Below, one piece after another: positions 63,813 to 64,000 of a DNA stretch of 64,000 nt. The DNA is from Octopus sinensis. Lineage: Eukaryota. The stretch lies in NCBI RefSeq assembly GCF_006345805.1, contig NC_043002.1, positions 85,870,001-85,934,000 of the forward strand, read 5' to 3'. Under the pieces are notes generated by a model. That model had not been told where the DNA came from, searched no databases, and saw only the letters and a list, made by a program, of their open reading frames with translations. Made by a program: the position numbers and the translations under genes. Numbering within the stretch: the stretch's first letter is position 1; each line of letters begins with the position of its first letter.

Positions 63813-64000
63813 GGAGAGCTGGCAGAAACGTTAGCACGCCGGGCGAAATGCGTAGCCGTATTTTGTCTGCCGTTACGTTCCGAGTTCAAATTCCGCCGAG
63901 GTCGACTTTACCTTTCATCCTTCCGGGGTCGATAAATTAAGTACCAGTTACGCACTGGGGTCGATGTAATCAACATAATCCGTTTGCCTGTCCTTGTTTG
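63813..64000 (+). mobile_element. Young-looking tRNA-derived SINE with CpGs intact, running off the window
   Basis: ggagagctggcagaaacgttagcacgccgggcgaaatgcg..ccgagttcaaattccgccgaggtcgactttacctttcatccttccggggtcgataaattaagtaccag. Confidence 0.85.

Overview
This is AT-rich, repeat-dense animal genomic DNA. The SINE, RTE, CR1 and Penelope repeat content resembles octopus, so an octopod cephalopod is inferred, not shown. The one recognisable host gene is the mitochondrial citrate (tricarboxylate) carrier SLC25A1 on the minus strand. I reconstructed six coding exons with GT-AG boundaries and consistent phases: 43694-43484, 40154-40069, 26294-26157, 25965-25745, 16274-16201 and 11616-11505 (stop). 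Together they give 842 nt containing all three PX[DE]XX[KR] carrier motifs. I could not find the first coding exon. The rest is intronic or intergenic and packed with mobile-element relics: tandem Helitron-like elements, a decayed Buster/Charlie-type hAT transposase missing from the ORF track, a mini Tc1/mariner, RTE and CR1 LINE fragments, a Penelope-like element with an inverted pseudo-LTR, MITE-like elements and many tRNA-derived SINEs. The most unusual signals are structural: a ~97% identical 175-bp foldback, short patches copied from sequence a few kb away, a perfect hairpin capping the hAT transposase, a 19-bp minisatellite apparently derived from a SINE, and a Penelope terminal repeat carrying a tRNA-like module and a hammerhead-ribozyme-like motif. 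I found no convincing novel protein-coding system.
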